The translations under genes and the position numbers were made by a program. A stretch of DNA of 63,138 bases, filler included, from Octopus bimaculoides (Eukaryota): NCBI RefSeq assembly GCF_001194135.2. It is 7 parts of 7 records of this genome, joined end to end, with 100 filler letters (N's around TTAATTAATTAA, not from the genome) between each part and the next. Parts side by side here need not be neighbours in the genome. Positions count along the whole stretch, not along the records: positions 1 to 22,479 come from NC_068992.1; positions 22,580 to 28,766 come from NC_068982.1; positions 28,867 to 35,882 come from NC_068990.1; 4 more parts are not named here. One strand, written 5' to 3'. The notes under the pieces were generated by a model. That model searched no databases, was not told where the DNA came from, and saw nothing but the letters and a program-made list of their open reading frames with translations. This document shows, in pieces, positions 14,810 through 29,681 of this stretch. Position 1 is the stretch's first letter. The number at the start of each line of letters is the position of its first letter.

Positions 14810-16290
14810 AAATTCAAAGCAGCAATGCTCTTCTTAATACGTGTGGCGTACCCGCTAAGACAATCTTTTCCACTTTCTGTGTGGATGTTAAGCCAGAGAT
14901 CATTCTTAAATAATTTTCAGTTTCTTTTTTGATCATTCCAAGTGCTCCTACAATCACTGATATTGTAACCGACTTGAGATGCCACCATTTTTCGATTTCG
15001 ATGAGCAAATTTTCGATGAGCAAATTTTCGATGAGCATCAAAATCTTTTTCCGATACGTTTTGGTCACAGGCTATGCTCATGCCAATCAATAAACAGACT
15101 TTATTCTTTTGGTCTTTCACAACAATATCTGGTTTGTTTGCCTTGATGGCCCGATCTATACATACTGGGATGCCCGGTCTATACATTATGCACTTAGCAC
15201 TCTCTGCTGTGTTGTCTATTACGTATTTGATGTAATCGGTTATTCATGCTTGCTCTTGGGCAGCAAAGATTAGCGCCTCCGTTTCCGGTTTTAAATCACT
15301 TTTTCTCTGTCTATCTTATCTTCGAAATACCTATGAAATTATCCATGTATTCTTTTCTTTATCCACCTATTTTCATGCTTTATCTCTACAACGATCCCTC
15401 TTACATAAGCCTGACCTTCTTACTTCCAATAATAACAGTTTTGCGGCATTTTTGCTATGTTGTTTTCTTCTTCTCTAATGCTGTGTTCGCATCCAATCAG
15501 TTCCTTTCCTCCACTTTTTCTTGGTTCATGCAGTCTGTGTTTTTTGGGTGGAGTATCCCATATCTAGTCAATAACTTTCTTGTCTTTCTGTCTAAGCTGT
15601 TTAGTTCATCAACTGTCCATGCGATCATGCCAGCTCCATGTGTTGTTAGCTTCAATCTTATTCCGGCCGTTTAATTTCGACTTAAGGATCGGTTTGAGTT
15701 TGCGCAAGTACTCCACTTTATATTTTTCTATCATTTCTTTCTCCATCAATTTATCTCCAAGTACTTAAAGCCCGTTTCTTCTATTTGCTTCATAACCTTC
15801 CCCGATGGTATCGCTAGCCTGTCCATACATTTGATTTTGCCTCCCTTCAAGAATAATACACCGCATTTTTTAGTCCGAACTCCATTCTGATATCAGCAAT
15901 GAAAGTATACACCGTATTACCGAGGGAACTGACTTGAGATTCATCTTTACAATAAAGTTTGAGGTCATCCATCAATAACAAATGACTGACTTTTTGTTGG
16001 CGGCTTTTGAATACATTACCAGCCTTTGCTTTCCTCGGGAGCATTGTTGGTGGTATCAAGCACTGTACAAAGATCATTGTGGATAGGCAGTCCCCGTGGA
16101 AGCTGCCACCTCCTGATTTCTATTGTCCTTAAACTTCTTCCATATGCAGTCAGTTGCATCCTACACTTCGCCATACTTTTTCCAAGAATGTATAATTACA
16201 TCGTACGACTAATGGTAGAAGACGTTTGCCCATGGTATCGCGCACTGCGACTGCATACGAAACGACATGGTCGCAAATGGATCTTCTTGA
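14810..16290 (-). mobile_element. R4/Dong-clade 3' half, RT to RLE
   Basis: IRRGSFHGDCLS..FVQCLIP, KVSHLLLMDDLKLY (RT catalytic motif), ANKPDIVVKDQKNKVCLLI (PD-D/ExK) and KWWHLKSVTISVIVGALGMI. Confidence 0.88.
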
Positions 16291-16303
16291 CAAATACAAT
16301 ATA

Positions 16304-16902
16304 TAACAACTGCACTCAGAGTGGAAACCTCCGCCGAGGCAACACCAACGTCCTCTCAACGATTAGCCAGAAATGATTTTTAAAATGAGAATATCTGAAA
16401 TGAACTCAACTGCTCTTACAAACAAGAATACTAAAAATGAACCTGACCGCTCTTAAAAATTAATCTTTAAAAACCATGGAAATAATCCAGAATCCTTGTT
16501 CGCTATCTAATCGATCCTAATGGTAGTCATGAAATGTGAAGGTGGCTGCAGACAATTTAGTAACAGTAATGCATAGTTTATCCTTATCTAATATAAGCCA
16601 AAGTTAACAAATTCACCATTCAAAATAGTTATAACCTATAGGCAAATAATTGAGAAAGACTCGAAAGTTAATGTAAGATCGTAATCATGTAAAGTAAAGT
16701 AAATATAACAAACAATCCCGAATCTTTGTCTGGTACTGGATCGATCCCAAAATGTAAGTCCTTCGTGCCAGCCACGTGGCTAAACATCCCTGAAAGTTTC
16801 ATCCGAATCCATCAAGCGATTCGTGAGATATCTTGATCACGGTCAAGCAAACAAACACGACTGAAAAGGACACCTCTGCCTTATCGAATGCGGAGGTAAT
16901 AA
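16304..16902 (-). mobile_element. HINE/Helentron-like element, inverted relative to 13808-14140, with an internal insertion
   Basis: 16345-16505 and 16715-16860 are reverse complements of parts of 13808-14120. The 5' end reads TTATTACCTCCGC and the 3' end GGCGGAGG..ACTCTGAGTGC. Confidence 0.65.
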
Positions 16903-19900
16903 GTAATGTCGAAATAACTTCTATTTATTGTGAGAAGTACAATGGCTCAGTTTTAGTATAACGCCATTAGGTTTACTATGTTATCATTCTAAGTTGACTC
17001 TAAACCGGACTGAGCAGAAAATGTTAAGACGCGGAACTAAATGGCACAGCAATTTAGTCATTCATTTAACCACATCTGCCAATAAGTAAAGCAACAACAT
17101 AAAACTAAACTCAAATTGAGACGACAGTGACGAGACTGAGTTGCCCATGCCCTGAAATGAATTTCTATGTTGAGAATCCATGTCATATCCTATCGTTCCC
17201 ACAAATATAATTACTTTTGATAAAAAAAGAAAGAGACACATTCACGTATGGAATAATTTTGATAGTAAATATCCTCAGTCACGTTTTGCCATTCTGCTTA
17301 ACGAAATTTTGAAGAAATTATACTTAATAGTCGTCAAATACTTCTTATAATCGATAGTTGTTTTGTCAATGGAATACAATTCAGAGATGGTCTCAAGTGC
17401 AGATAGCCTTTCAATATTTTTGACTGAGGTCCCAAAATGGCGCCCTATAGAGGGTTAGTGGTGGGAAAATCCATTAGGTTTTTCTGAGCAATGTTGTGCG
17501 TCGATGAAAATCAAATGACTGGTACATCCCGGAAGATTTTCGTGCTGGAGCTAATAATAGTTTCCATAAATCCACGGGCATCACCTCGAAGTTAATAAAG
17601 AAAATATTATTATTATTTTTTTCAATTTCACTATTATTTTCCCGCGTATTTTATATCCCTTCCTAATGGGAAATCATAATATCACCTTACACAAGTTTAT
17701 ATCCACGCGTTTGTCTATCTACATAGAGATCAATATATCTAGACCATTACCCATCACCGTATCAATACATACATACATACATACATACATACATGAATGA
17801 ATACATCCTGGTAGATATATATACACACATGCATATATGTATACATACACACACATATACTTGTACAATCACACAGATATTAATTCCGTTTATAATATAG
17901 CAATCTGTGAATTTGTCACGCAACGCGATAATTTGCTGTATATATTTTACAGTTATTGTTAATAATGCATATATTTAAGGCATGCGATATTGCACTCGTA
18001 AAGAGATCTAAACTGCTGGCATCAAGAGAATACTGGTTGTTGTTGGCAAATTTCCACATAAACAATAATATCAACCAAATTTTCATTTTATCTCAATCAA
18101 AGAACAATGAATGGCATCATCATAGATTTTAATACTGCCTTGTGACTCAGAAACTTTTGGCCATTAGTATAAGATCAAGGCAAGAGAAATTTATTTCTAT
18201 AAAACGATTTTTTATTCCTACCACACGATCCACTCCAGCAAATGCATATACACACATTCACACAACAAAGAAAATATGAGAAAATGACAACGCTAATGTT
18301 GGTATAAAAAAATGGTTGGTTTAACTGTGCAGTCGATGACCTATTCCGTAACGCAGCAAACAATATAAGTTGTAGTTGTATACACAATTTTATATTATAT
18401 ACGTATATGCTCTGGTTTCAATACACGATGTGTTGGATTTTGAATTTCATCCCTACGTGGAGTGGGTTACCACAACAATATAGTCGATAATAATTTCGTT
18501 CCGTATAAGTAAATGCATAATTCCCCGGATTTGTTATGAAAAGTTATAAATAATCAATATCACTGCTTATTTTAACATAGGTATTTGACATTCTACATCA
18601 ACACAGTTCCAACGATACTTGATAAGTTGTGTAGCTAATTCAAATACTAACATGTTTTCTTTAGAAACTATCACATATTTCTAAAAGAATATATATCTTT
18701 GTTAAGAAAATATTAGCGGGTTACGGCTTGTGGAGTCAAGAAGATAGCCTATAGCCATATTTGCATTAATGATGTTGACAGTTCATGTGAACTTTTTATA
18801 TGCTTTGCTGTCGTCTTTTATTCTTAATTGGTTCTGATATTGTCTCTATATATATTTTAAAAAGCTGTATCCAAAAGTTAAGAAATTACTACATTTTAAA
18901 ACTAATGCCATCGATCTTTACTGATGTCATAATCTAAATGTATGATTCAAGACTGATTTTTACTGGGATTTGACCGATCTATTCAGTAACTTCTGACTTA
19001 TAAGAGCCTTCCTAATTGAGTGATCATTGTATCATTGAAAGCTGCTGCTGTTAGTATTGAATATTAATGTTACGCATATTTGTTACATCCATTGCAATTG
19101 TTGGTGGATGATCACTCATTTTATTTTATTGGATGGTTGTTATTAAGAAGTTAGAATGTATATGTTAGGAAGCATATGTCTACTGGACATATACATTCAG
19201 CAGTTTCTTTAGTTTATCAATTTGAAAATAACAATCATTATTACTTATGCATTTTTGGATCACATTATGAACTACAATCAAAAATAGATGGCAAGTATAG
19301 ATGAAGCGAGAAAAAGTGATAACATTTTGCTGAATCTATTTTCGTGGCTTGTTGCTCATCAAATGAATTTTGTAGTTTCATATAGAAGAAGAAATATTTG
19401 ATATTATATTCCCTGTAAAAGAAAAGGGACAAACGATTTTAACTTACCGTCTACATGAAATATCTTTTGTATTTAAATTATTTGATATGAGAAGGAAACA
19501 GCTGTATACCACGGCTTAAGGTTTGCTATTAAATATCCGTTTCCTTCTAAGAGGCCAAAGAATAAGACATACACATTTTTAGTAAGAGGAGACCTGCGTT
19601 AAATATCAAGAATTAATAGTGAATTGATTATTGTATCTCAGGTAAAGTTGACGTTGTTCTTTGAATTAAAAACTGAAGTAGAGCAGTTTGTTCTCATAGC
19701 TGAGGTATCCATCCCTCTCTTATTTGTTCTATATGTATATTTCGAAAACTACGATTCACTGTAGAACGACAAAGTTTTAACATGACATGCCCACTTCAAA
19801 ATACACTAAGATTGCTATAAGATTTATGCTCTTTAAATCTTCTGCATATCAACCCAGCGCATACCTCATCATAGCAGCAGTCCTCTAATCACTTCACACT

Positions 19901-22817
19901 AAACATCTGAGACATCCCTTATACTGCCGCGTACCTCATCTACTTGACATTTCGGCTAAACTTTCACAATTATTATTGATATTCTTAGCAGTTCTTATAA
20001 ATCAAGATGTGGCGAAGATAGTGCCGAGGATTACGCATATACGACAACAGCATACATGTGTATCGTTGTTTATAGATATTTATTTGGTACTTGGACTTAT
20101 AATAAAGAAAAACACCATAAATACGTTTGAGAAGCAATGATTTAGAACACAATTTTTTTTTTGTTACTAACGTTTACATTTACAGCAAAATCTATACATG
20201 ACTTGTTAACCGAATCTGCATTACTTCCAACTGCTTATATCTACATGATTGCACGCATACGGATACATATGTACTCATATTCTAGAATTTCTGCATGCGT
20301 AAGTATGCGAGTTTTACCTTATAAGACATGACATGTATTTCTTATATACAACCCTATACACATACACACACATATATGCTTTGATAAATACATATGCAGC
20401 GATAATGACGTGCATGTAAAAGCTCAGAAAAAAACCCAGCATTCAAGAAGGAAAGAAAGTTCTCCATGTAAGGTTATGTATAGACTTTTGTACAAGTTGA
20501 GTAAAAGAAAAGCATGTGAAATATGCTGGTGGGTGACTGATTGATGTCAATATAGAGCTACAATGAAAAAAATATATATGTAGGTACAAAAAGGAAATAA
20601 TCTTCTGTGATAAGTATTTCTTGCATTTGAGATTTAAAAGCCACGTTTTGTAGCGTTTCACTGCATTTTGTTTTATTTTTGGTTCATAGAAAGTAATTCG
20701 TAGAAAACGAAATTAAAAGAAACTCAACCTGTAATATCAATACAATAAAAATAGCATAAATTGATCTGGAGTCTTTATCAGCATGCTTTCCTAATGAAAT
20801 CAGGAAACCTGCGGCATGATTAAGTCATGACATTACCCAAATAGCTGACGAGTGTAATTAAATGTTCCGACATTTTCACATGAGAATTAATACACTTTTT
20901 TTTTCGAATCCCATAGGTTTCAGGCTTCTTTTCATCTCTCAGTGTTAAAAGTCTGCAGTAATATTTTAAGAATGAACCTTCACCATCACATATTTTCGAG
21001 TAATNNNNNNNNNNNNNNNNNNNNNNNNNNNNNNNNNNNNNNNNNNNNNNNNNNNNNNNNNNNNNNNNNNNNNNNNNNNNNNNNNNNNNNNNNNNNNNNN
21101 NNNNNNNNNNNNNNNNNNNNNNNNNNNNNNNNNNNNNNNNNNNNNNNNNNNNNNNNNNNNNNNNNNNNNNNNNNNNNNNNNNNNNNNNNNNNNNNNNNNN
21201 NNNNNNNNNNNNNNNNNNNNNNNNNNNNNNNNNNNNNNNNNNNNNNNNNNNNNNNNNNNNNNNNNNNNNNNNNNNNNNNNNNNNNNNNNNNNNNNNNNNN
21301 NNNNNNNNNNNNNNNNNNNNNNNNNNNNNNNNNNNNNNNNNNNNNNNNNNNNNNNNNNNNNNNNNNNNNNNNNNNNNNNNNNNNNNNNNNNNNNNNNATA
21401 TATATGTATGTGTGTGTGTATGTGTATGCGTAAATATGTATATATATACGTATATATACAAATAGATACATAGGTGCACACACATATATAAATACACACA
21501 AGTATATATGTATGTATATATATATGTGTGTGTGTGTATTTATGAATATATATACATATATATATAGGCATGTATGCGTTTGTATTTCTTTCAGTTTTAC
21601 TTGAAGTCATCTTAAGAGAGTGTTCCAGGCGATGGCTAAGGCGACAAAGCGTCTTGAGGCAAAAGAGCAGCTGTTGTTTGTAAATAGGTGATTCATCTGG
21701 TGTGATGGTTGTGCTGCAATGTACGCACCCAAGTTTAAGCATCTGTTGGTCTGCAGAATCTCAGACTGAGAATGATTGGCATGTTATAGAAATCGTGAAT
21801 GAGCCATTAATACATAATATTTGGAGAATCCACCTCTGTGTTTTTCTCTTTCGCCGAAACACTTTCAACTTCCAATTTTATCTATATCTATATGTAAGCG
21901 CACCAACTCCTGGAACCAGATAATAAAAAGATAGGTAACCATTTCCTTACACTGAAACGGAATTACTAATTCGAATTTCAAGTAATACCATGGATTATGA
22001 AAAAGATAACAAAGGTTCGCATACATACATGTCCTATTCAGAGCGTTTTAGGACGCGATATTTATTGCATCCGGGAGAGAACTTCTGCCACCCTAGCTCA
22101 GGGACCAACACACTACGTTATTTCGATCTTATTGGATCTCTTCGCTGGTGGACATTCGTTTTCCAGGCATTGCAGTAGTCTAACCTCGCTTGCAATGCAG
22201 TGTCATACAATCAATCACTGATTCTGTAATGTATATGTATGTACGTATATATATATATATATATATATAACAGAACGTATGCATATGTATGTATATGTGT
22301 ATTATTTATCTATCTATCTATCAATCTATCTAATGTATATTCTGTTTTTATTACCTAAACAATATTTTGGGCAAGGAAGCCGTTTATAATTATCTTTTGG
22401 CTAAACTTATCTTTACCTAAAATGTTTCGATGATGTAAACGGTCAATTTATAGGAGCATTCAAGCTTATTACGAAGAATNNNNNNNNNNNNNNNNNNNNN
22501 NNNNNNNNNNNNNNNNNNNNNNNTTAATTAATTAANNNNNNNNNNNNNNNNNNNNNNNNNNNNNNNNNNNNNNNNNNNNATATATATGTATATATATATA
22601 TATATATATATACAAAATGGCTGATATTTAGCAAGGTGAGACACACATAAGAAGGAAGGAAACAAAGGACCACTGATGAGGTCACAGAAGTGTGACGAAA
22701 GAACTCTGGCCGAAATAAGATTAAGATTAATGTAATATAAAGCTGAAGCAAATTAACACCAAATATACAGTGCGTGTGTTTTTATTGGCTAAACTGGCAA
22801 TATGACCATCCCCAAGT

Positions 22818-22870
<53 letters not shown>

Positions 22871-23569
22871 ATGTAGGTCAAAGAAATAATAACAGAGAGC
22901 TAAATATATTTGACTTGACTGTATCCTTTCCCTCCAAATAAAACTCGAGCAATAATCAATGTAAAAAAGAAAGACAGCTGGAGGAAAACAATATCTTAGC
23001 CTTGTTATATACATGCCAACAGAGAAAACTGACAATGATAATGAGGATAACGACACAAAGTCTGGAACATCTTGGTGATAAATAGAACATCTCCCAGTAG
23101 ACTTGATTCATGCATCTTCTATGTGGAAGTGAGACAGAAATGGTAAAATTCTTGTTTCCTGTTGTCTTATAATATGCTGTTTATTGTTTACTGGTTATAA
23201 GCATTTTATGTATCTTAGTTGAAGAGACGACTAATGGACATGTATGTAAATCTAGAATTCTTTAGAGTCATTCTTTCCATAAAGGCAAGCAAACGCATAA
23301 TCACATGTGCAGACACACATATATCCATACATATAAACATACATGCACATTTATGCTTTGTATTGAGCCAGTGAGCTTCTATGTGATTGTTTGCCTTGCA
23401 AGAAACAACAGCTATATCTCCACCAATTACACTCTATCTTTTTAGAAAATGAAGGGTATATTTATAGCATGGTTCTAAATATATTATGTTTGAAAAAAGG
23501 TGTAATGATTACGGTTAGAATACATTTGATCCTAGACCTACTTAATCAGGGCTCAGTTGGAAGACAAAC

Positions 23570-23703
<134 letters not shown>

Positions 23704-24015
23704 ACTGTAATCAGATGCCACTCACTTATAGTATTTCCATCATGATCACTTCTCATATATTTCACTGGGTTTGTGGAATATTATCAGGAGTATTATCACT
23801 GAAATAGGAAACTAAACACTTCATTACAATCTCTCCCATATACTAGTTCATTCTTCTACCACTTCTGTTTACTCTAAATGTCTTTGGTTTCAGTAGAAGT
23901 AAAATAGCTGTACAAGATTAGCACCTCTCTGGCATTTGGCTTGAACTGACTTTTGATAATTCATTATTATTGGTATTGATGTTATTCTCTAGTCCCTAAT
24001 CAAGCAGCTCCATGA

Positions 24016-24228
24016 TCCTTTCTATTATAGGCACAAGGCCTGAAATTTAGGGGAAGGGGACTAGTCGATTACATCGACCCCAGTGTTTTACTGGCACTTA
24101 ATTTATCAACTCTGAGAGGATGAGAGGCAAAGTCGACCTCAGTGAAATTTGAACTCAGAGCGCAGCGACAAACGAAATTCCATTTGACATTATGCCTGGC
24201 ATGCTAATGATTCAGCCAGTTCACCACC
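24016..24228 (-). mobile_element. Octopus OK-like tRNA-derived SINE
   Basis: Reverse complement aligns over its full length to the copy at 52199-52412. Confidence 0.85.
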
Positions 24229-25204
24229 TTAAGCAGTTCCATGATCAAAGATATTCTGTCTGTGACTGTCTCATTTATTTTTAGATGCAAAGTATTTGAG
24301 ACTCAGTTATCTACTGTACCATTCATTTCAAAAACAATAAGGTGAGCTATGAGACAGGTCTGGTTGCTATATCTAGCAGATTTAACAATTGCTTAGAGTC
24401 ATCTTCATCAATTCCTTGGGAACTTATTATGTATTTGAGAAGTACTCATAGTTACATACACTTCATTTCATCTGCAACACATACTTCAGTTCACCTGTAT
24501 TCTATCAAGGGACCAAACTAATCTCACTGATACTTCACACTATTATACAAAAGTTAAGCACTAACCTTTAACCCTAAAACACTTCAATTATTAACCTGCA
24601 GAAACAAAATTTTTCAGTTTTCTTTAGCATTTTTAACTCTAAGAAACATATTTGATGTTAAATTAAAATTTATTTGCACACACATAGCTCACCCACATGT
24701 ACATATATACATGTGTGGTAACGCTGTGCGCATGCGTAGTCTCACGCATGCGTGGAATTAAACATCCAAGCTTTCCCGCTTTGATCGATCTCTTTCTTGC
24801 TGGCCAGCAATTGAGCAAGGACGTGTCTAGCTGTCTCTCCATCTTTCAAACTCATGCTAGATAGCTCACATCAATATACCAACGTCCTAACAACCATGTT
24901 CTCACACACCGAAGACGTCTCAACAAACAAGATTAAAGATGTATATTTTCCACCATGAATAAATATTGTTTGTGTTGATAGTCTGGAGGTCAGCGTTCCG
25001 TTCATATTTCTAATTTAATATAGGAAATTTGGTATACACCTAATGATGTATAACCGATTTCCTACACATGCATACATTTCTAACAATTGTAGGTACTATT
25101 TTGCACCCTTATTTATTAATTTTATCTTTTTGGTTTTAATTGCTATAGCCACCTATATTACAATGTATTTAATATATCTTAATACATTAATATATTATTA
25201 TAGT

Positions 25205-25470
25205 ATCTTATTACCTCCACCAAGGAAGGAGGTTATGTTTTCATTGGCGTTGGTTTGTCCGTCTGTCCGTCTGTGTGCAAAATAACTCAAAAAGTTGTGA
25301 ATAGTATTTGATGAAACTTGCAGAAAAAGATGGTAATGACACAAGGAACAGATGCTGAAATTTTGGTAGTGATCCGGGAATTTTTATGGATTCTTGAAGG
25401 ATTTTTCATTTGTTATGTTTACTTTACATGAAATATTACAATGTTACATTCTTTGATTATCTGCCTTGAA
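25205..25470 (+). mobile_element. HINE/DINE-1-like 5' portion
   Basis: TTACCTCCACCAAGGAAGGAGGTTATGTTTTC...GTCCGTCTGTCCGTCTG...ATAACTCAAAAAG...TTTGATGAAACTTG is the hallmark 5' structure. Confidence 0.65.
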
Positions 25471-26302
25471 AACACATCGTTTCCACGTAACCTATGGTGG
25501 CGTTGCTGCTTAGAGACAGTGTTGATGATGACGATGGTCGAGATAAGTACGGAAGGAGGATAAAATAGTATCGGTGGTTATAATGGTGACAGGAGCGGTG
25601 TGATGTGTGATGCTGAGGTGATGGTGGTAATAGTAGTGTTGATGATAGTGTCAGTTGTGTGATGTTGGTGTAGGAAAAAGGGATTAGCACTTGCTGGGTG
25701 CTTCACAATTCCATACATAGTTCATGGAAGGAAAAAGTGAGGACACTCTGAACAAATAACAATAATAATTTATTTTGTCTGAATAAACATTCCATCTCTG
25801 GACATGGGTAGCCTGGACATCTTGGTGTGGAAGCAGCAGGGTTGGTAGTTAGACACAAAAATACAAAGGCATTTTTCACAGACTCGCAACGTCGCTCACC
25901 ATCAGAATTCCAGCTCCACGAAGCTGGTCTAAGTTGTGTCCTGCCTGGTCAACAGCCGGGGTCGAAAGAGAGTGAATGGCAGTGAAGCCTAGCTGCTGCT
26001 GATGATTGTGCATGTGCATAAGGGGCTTCTGTCAGATCTCCGGAAAGCTCTAATCCTATGCGCATGCATGGATGAATGTTCCAAAATGGCATCTAGAACC
26101 AGGCATCACTACAGTGGTATTGCAGTGGTTATACTGGTTGTGGTGGTTAAAGTGACTGTCAAGGTAACCGTCATGATAACATTGATGGCGGTGTATGTAG
26201 GTGAATGACAATGCTGCTGATGATGTTGGTGGTTGTGAACTGCTTCAGATGATTCCTGTTTTTAAAGGGTTTTTTTTCTTAAAATTAAATGGCTGTGTTA
26301 TT

Positions 26303-26438
26303 TTTTTTACCCCAACCAAGGAAGTTATGTTTTTGCTGGCATTGATTTGGGAAAATTGGGCGATTTTCAGCATGCATGTATATGGGTGGAAATGAGCTGC
26401 TTGGTGGAGGTCTGCGCTCTCTGAGTGCTTTTCTAATT
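26303..26438 (+). mobile_element. Short internally deleted HINE/DINE-1-like element
   Basis: 5' ACCCCAACCAAGGAAGTTATGTTTT and 3' CTTGGTGGAGGTCTGCGCTCTCTGAGTGCTTTTCTA. Confidence 0.6.
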
Positions 26439-26565
26439 GTATGTTATTATGCCCTTTAACTGTTTTGAATTTTAGCGCTCGCTTTTCAACAATTTTTTTC
26501 TCATGAACGAATGGGAGGCAGGCTATCTCTTTTAACCCAGAGTAACTGTGGAAACCTCTGACAAT

Positions 26566-26669
<104 letters not shown>

Positions 26670-27701
26670 ATGTATGTATGTATCTATATCTACATATGTA
26701 TCACCATCATATCACCAACAGCATCATCATCATGTGGCTGGGAAGCAAACCTTTGTATGAATACAGCTATGTCTGTGCTTACCCACACTCATACACACAC
26801 ACATAAGTGCACCACTATATACTTTGAGAGTAAAAACTTAGAATTTATCAATTCCTTTTGCAGCATCAACCTTAAGAAGTCTGCAGGCGAACATGATGTA
26901 GGCATTAGTGTCAACAACTCTAATAAATGTACTCATAGTTGTCAGTTTATATCTATCCACCAACTAATGTTGGTAACCAACAACGGCATAAATTATGGTT
27001 TTCTTCTGATGATTTGGCATATAAGGTAATTATGCAACCATCTCTGTAGCAATTACAGCATAGCATACAAATATATCCTCGTCGAAACATATGTAAAGAT
27101 TATGTAATTCATGATGCAATAATGAAAAAATTTGCAACTGAATCTCCATTTTTATTCTGACCTTGCATATACATGCTGTAATCTATTCTAGTCTATATAA
27201 TACCAAAGGAAAATTTGTTTAAAACCTAACTGGAAGTTGAACATTCGTATTTCTATTTACATAGAATTTTAAACAAAGGTTGGCTGTTATGTCTTAATCA
27301 AAATAGCAACTTTTCAATACACACACACACACACATTTCAGTAATGATTTTCCTGGATATCTATCTATTTATGAAGGACTACCATGGCTATCTTCCTGCT
27401 ATCAGATTAATTATATTTGAATTCATATTTGTGTAACTTATTTATAAATACTTTGATGCCATAAAAAAAAAACTGTTTCTCTATCTTTATTTTATCGTTA
27501 TTTTCATTAATTTCATTAGCTCAACCAGTGCATTTTCTATAGCCAGTTCTGGCTTAGCTAGATTACATTTCTTATGATTAGGACATTGGATTTTAGAAAT
27601 TTGATCTGGTTTCAGCAGTAATTTGGTCTCTATGCTTCTGGCATATTCTTACCCATTATATACATGCTCAAACACTGAATGCACTCACACATATACTGCT
27701 T

Positions 27702-27835
27702 GTGTGATTAGAAGTTTGCTTCCCAATCACATTGTCTTGGAGTCAGTCCCATTGTGAAGCAACTTTGGCAGGTCACTTCATCTATTTATCTCTAGCAGTG
27801 GACCAACTAAAGCCTCATGTGTTGATTTGATAGAT
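27702..27835 (+). mobile_element. Degenerate OR-like SINE head
   Basis: Similar to the reverse complement of 10940-11073. Confidence 0.55.
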
Positions 27836-28148
27836 ATGTATCTCTTTCTCTCTCTCTCTCTCTATATATATATCTATCTATCTATATCTATATATATATA
27901 TATCTATCTATATATATATATATATATCTATATATATATATATATATATATATATCNNNNNNNNNNNNNNNNNNNNNNNNNNNNNNNNNNNNNNNNNNNN
28001 NNNNNNNNNNNNNNNNNNNNNNNNNNNNNNNNNNNNNNNNNNNNNNNNNNNNNNNNNNNNNNNNNNNNNNNNNNNNNNNNNNNNNNNNNNNNNNNNNNNN
28101 NNNNNNNNNNNNNNNNNNNNNNNNNNNNNNNNNNNNNNNNNNNNNNNN

Positions 28149-28766
28149 AGCTGGATGCCCTTCCTAACGCCAACCACTCAGAGAGTGTAGTGGGTGCTTT
28201 TACGTGTCACCCGCACGAAAACGGCCACGCTCGAAATGGTGTCTTTTATGTGCCACCCGCACAAGCCAGTCCAGGGGCACTGGCAACGATCTCGCTCGAA
28301 AATCCTACAGGAGCCAGTCAGGCGGTACTGGCAATGGCCACGCTCAAAATGGTGCATCTCATGTGCCACCCACACAAGAACCAGTCAAGGGGCACTGGCA
28401 ACGATCTTACTTGGCAACGATCTTACATTTCCAAAGGTCTCGGTCAGTAGTCATCGCCTCGGTGAGGCCCAATGTACGAAGGTCTTGCCTCACCACCTCA
28501 GCCCAGGTCTTCCTGGGCCTACCTCTTCCACGGGTTCCCTCAACTGTTAGGGTGTGGCACTTTTTCACGCAGCTATCCTCCTCCATTCTCACCACATGTC
28601 CATACCAGTGCAATCGTCTCTCTTGCACGCCACAACTGATGCTTCTAATGTTCAGTTTTTCTCTCAAGATACTTACACTCTGACGGGTATTCACATTGAC
28701 ATTACACATCCAACGGAGCATACTGGCTTCATTCCTTGCGAGCTTACGTATGTCCTCAGCAGTTAC
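28149..28766 (-). mobile_element. RTE-clade LINE 3' end with tandemly repeated 3' UTR
   Basis: ORF 28407-28721 ...LREKLNI...VQERRLHWYGHVVRM...VEGTRGRGRPRKTW.EVV..DL is the classic RTE C-terminus. Confidence 0.88.
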
Positions 28767-28866
28767 NNNNNNNNNNNNNNNNNNNNNNNNNNNNNNNNNN
28801 NNNNNNNNNNTTAATTAATTAANNNNNNNNNNNNNNNNNNNNNNNNNNNNNNNNNNNNNNNNNNNN

Positions 28867-28910
<44 letters not shown>

Positions 28911-28929
28911 TAACTACAGATTCCTGCCC

Positions 28930-29210
28930 CACCGACTTTGGATGAACATAACTTTCAGAAAAATGAATATTTTTTAATGAAATTTTCTACGAATATGTAT
29001 TATATCATGTAGATTCCGAATATGCAAAACTTTGGGGGGAGAATGTTTTAGGAAATTCACCAGCGTCCGCTTCAATTCGTCTTAACTTTCATGAAAATAG
29101 ATATTTTTTAATGAAATTTTCTACAAATATACCTCGGACTATGTAGATTACGTGAACATAGGAATTTGGGGAGAAAACAATTGGGGGTTACTTTTGAGGA
29201 CCGTTCCCCA
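28930..29210. repeat. Two approximately 135-bp degenerate direct repeats
   Basis: ATATTTTTTAATGAAATTTTCTAC..ATAT...ATGTAGATT..GAA.AT...TTTGGGG occurs at about 28968 and 29101. Confidence 0.7.
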
Positions 29211-29681
29211 CTTGGGGGTGTTTCGGAACAAGTCGTCCATATTTGTTTCTTTTTCTCCATTTTGTGCATCCGTAGATGGCGGGGCCGGAATCTGTAGTTA
29301 TGCCCAGATATCTATACAAACCTTAATGCATTTACTAATACATCCATACACACCAATATCCTGCTATATGCCTTTTATACATCCAATACTCACACATATG
29401 TACACTTATGCTCATAAATAATGATTATATACTGGTCTGAAGGCATATACGCCCATATAAGTAGACATAAGTATATATATATATACATTATAAAAATTAT
29501 AAAAAAATTATAAAAATTATTTCTAGAATTATTTAAAAAATTATAAAAGAAATAAAAAACTATCTTTTAAAATTAAAAAATCATTAAAATTATAAAGATT
29601 ATAAAAAATTTGTAAAAATTATGAAGAATTTGTATACATATGATTAGTGGATAGTATAAATGATACTTAGGTATATATTCG

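Noticed and set aside
17240-17600. Possible Helitron or LINE protein relic (GAILGP resembling RAILAP)
   Set aside because: Similarity is too weak to assign by eye.
21595-21687. Possible plus-strand exon (MAKATKRLEAKEQLLFVN), or the minus-strand CVHC-containing frame
   Set aside because: Short and unrecognisable, and both strands are equally plausible. It does not complete the LIM domain.
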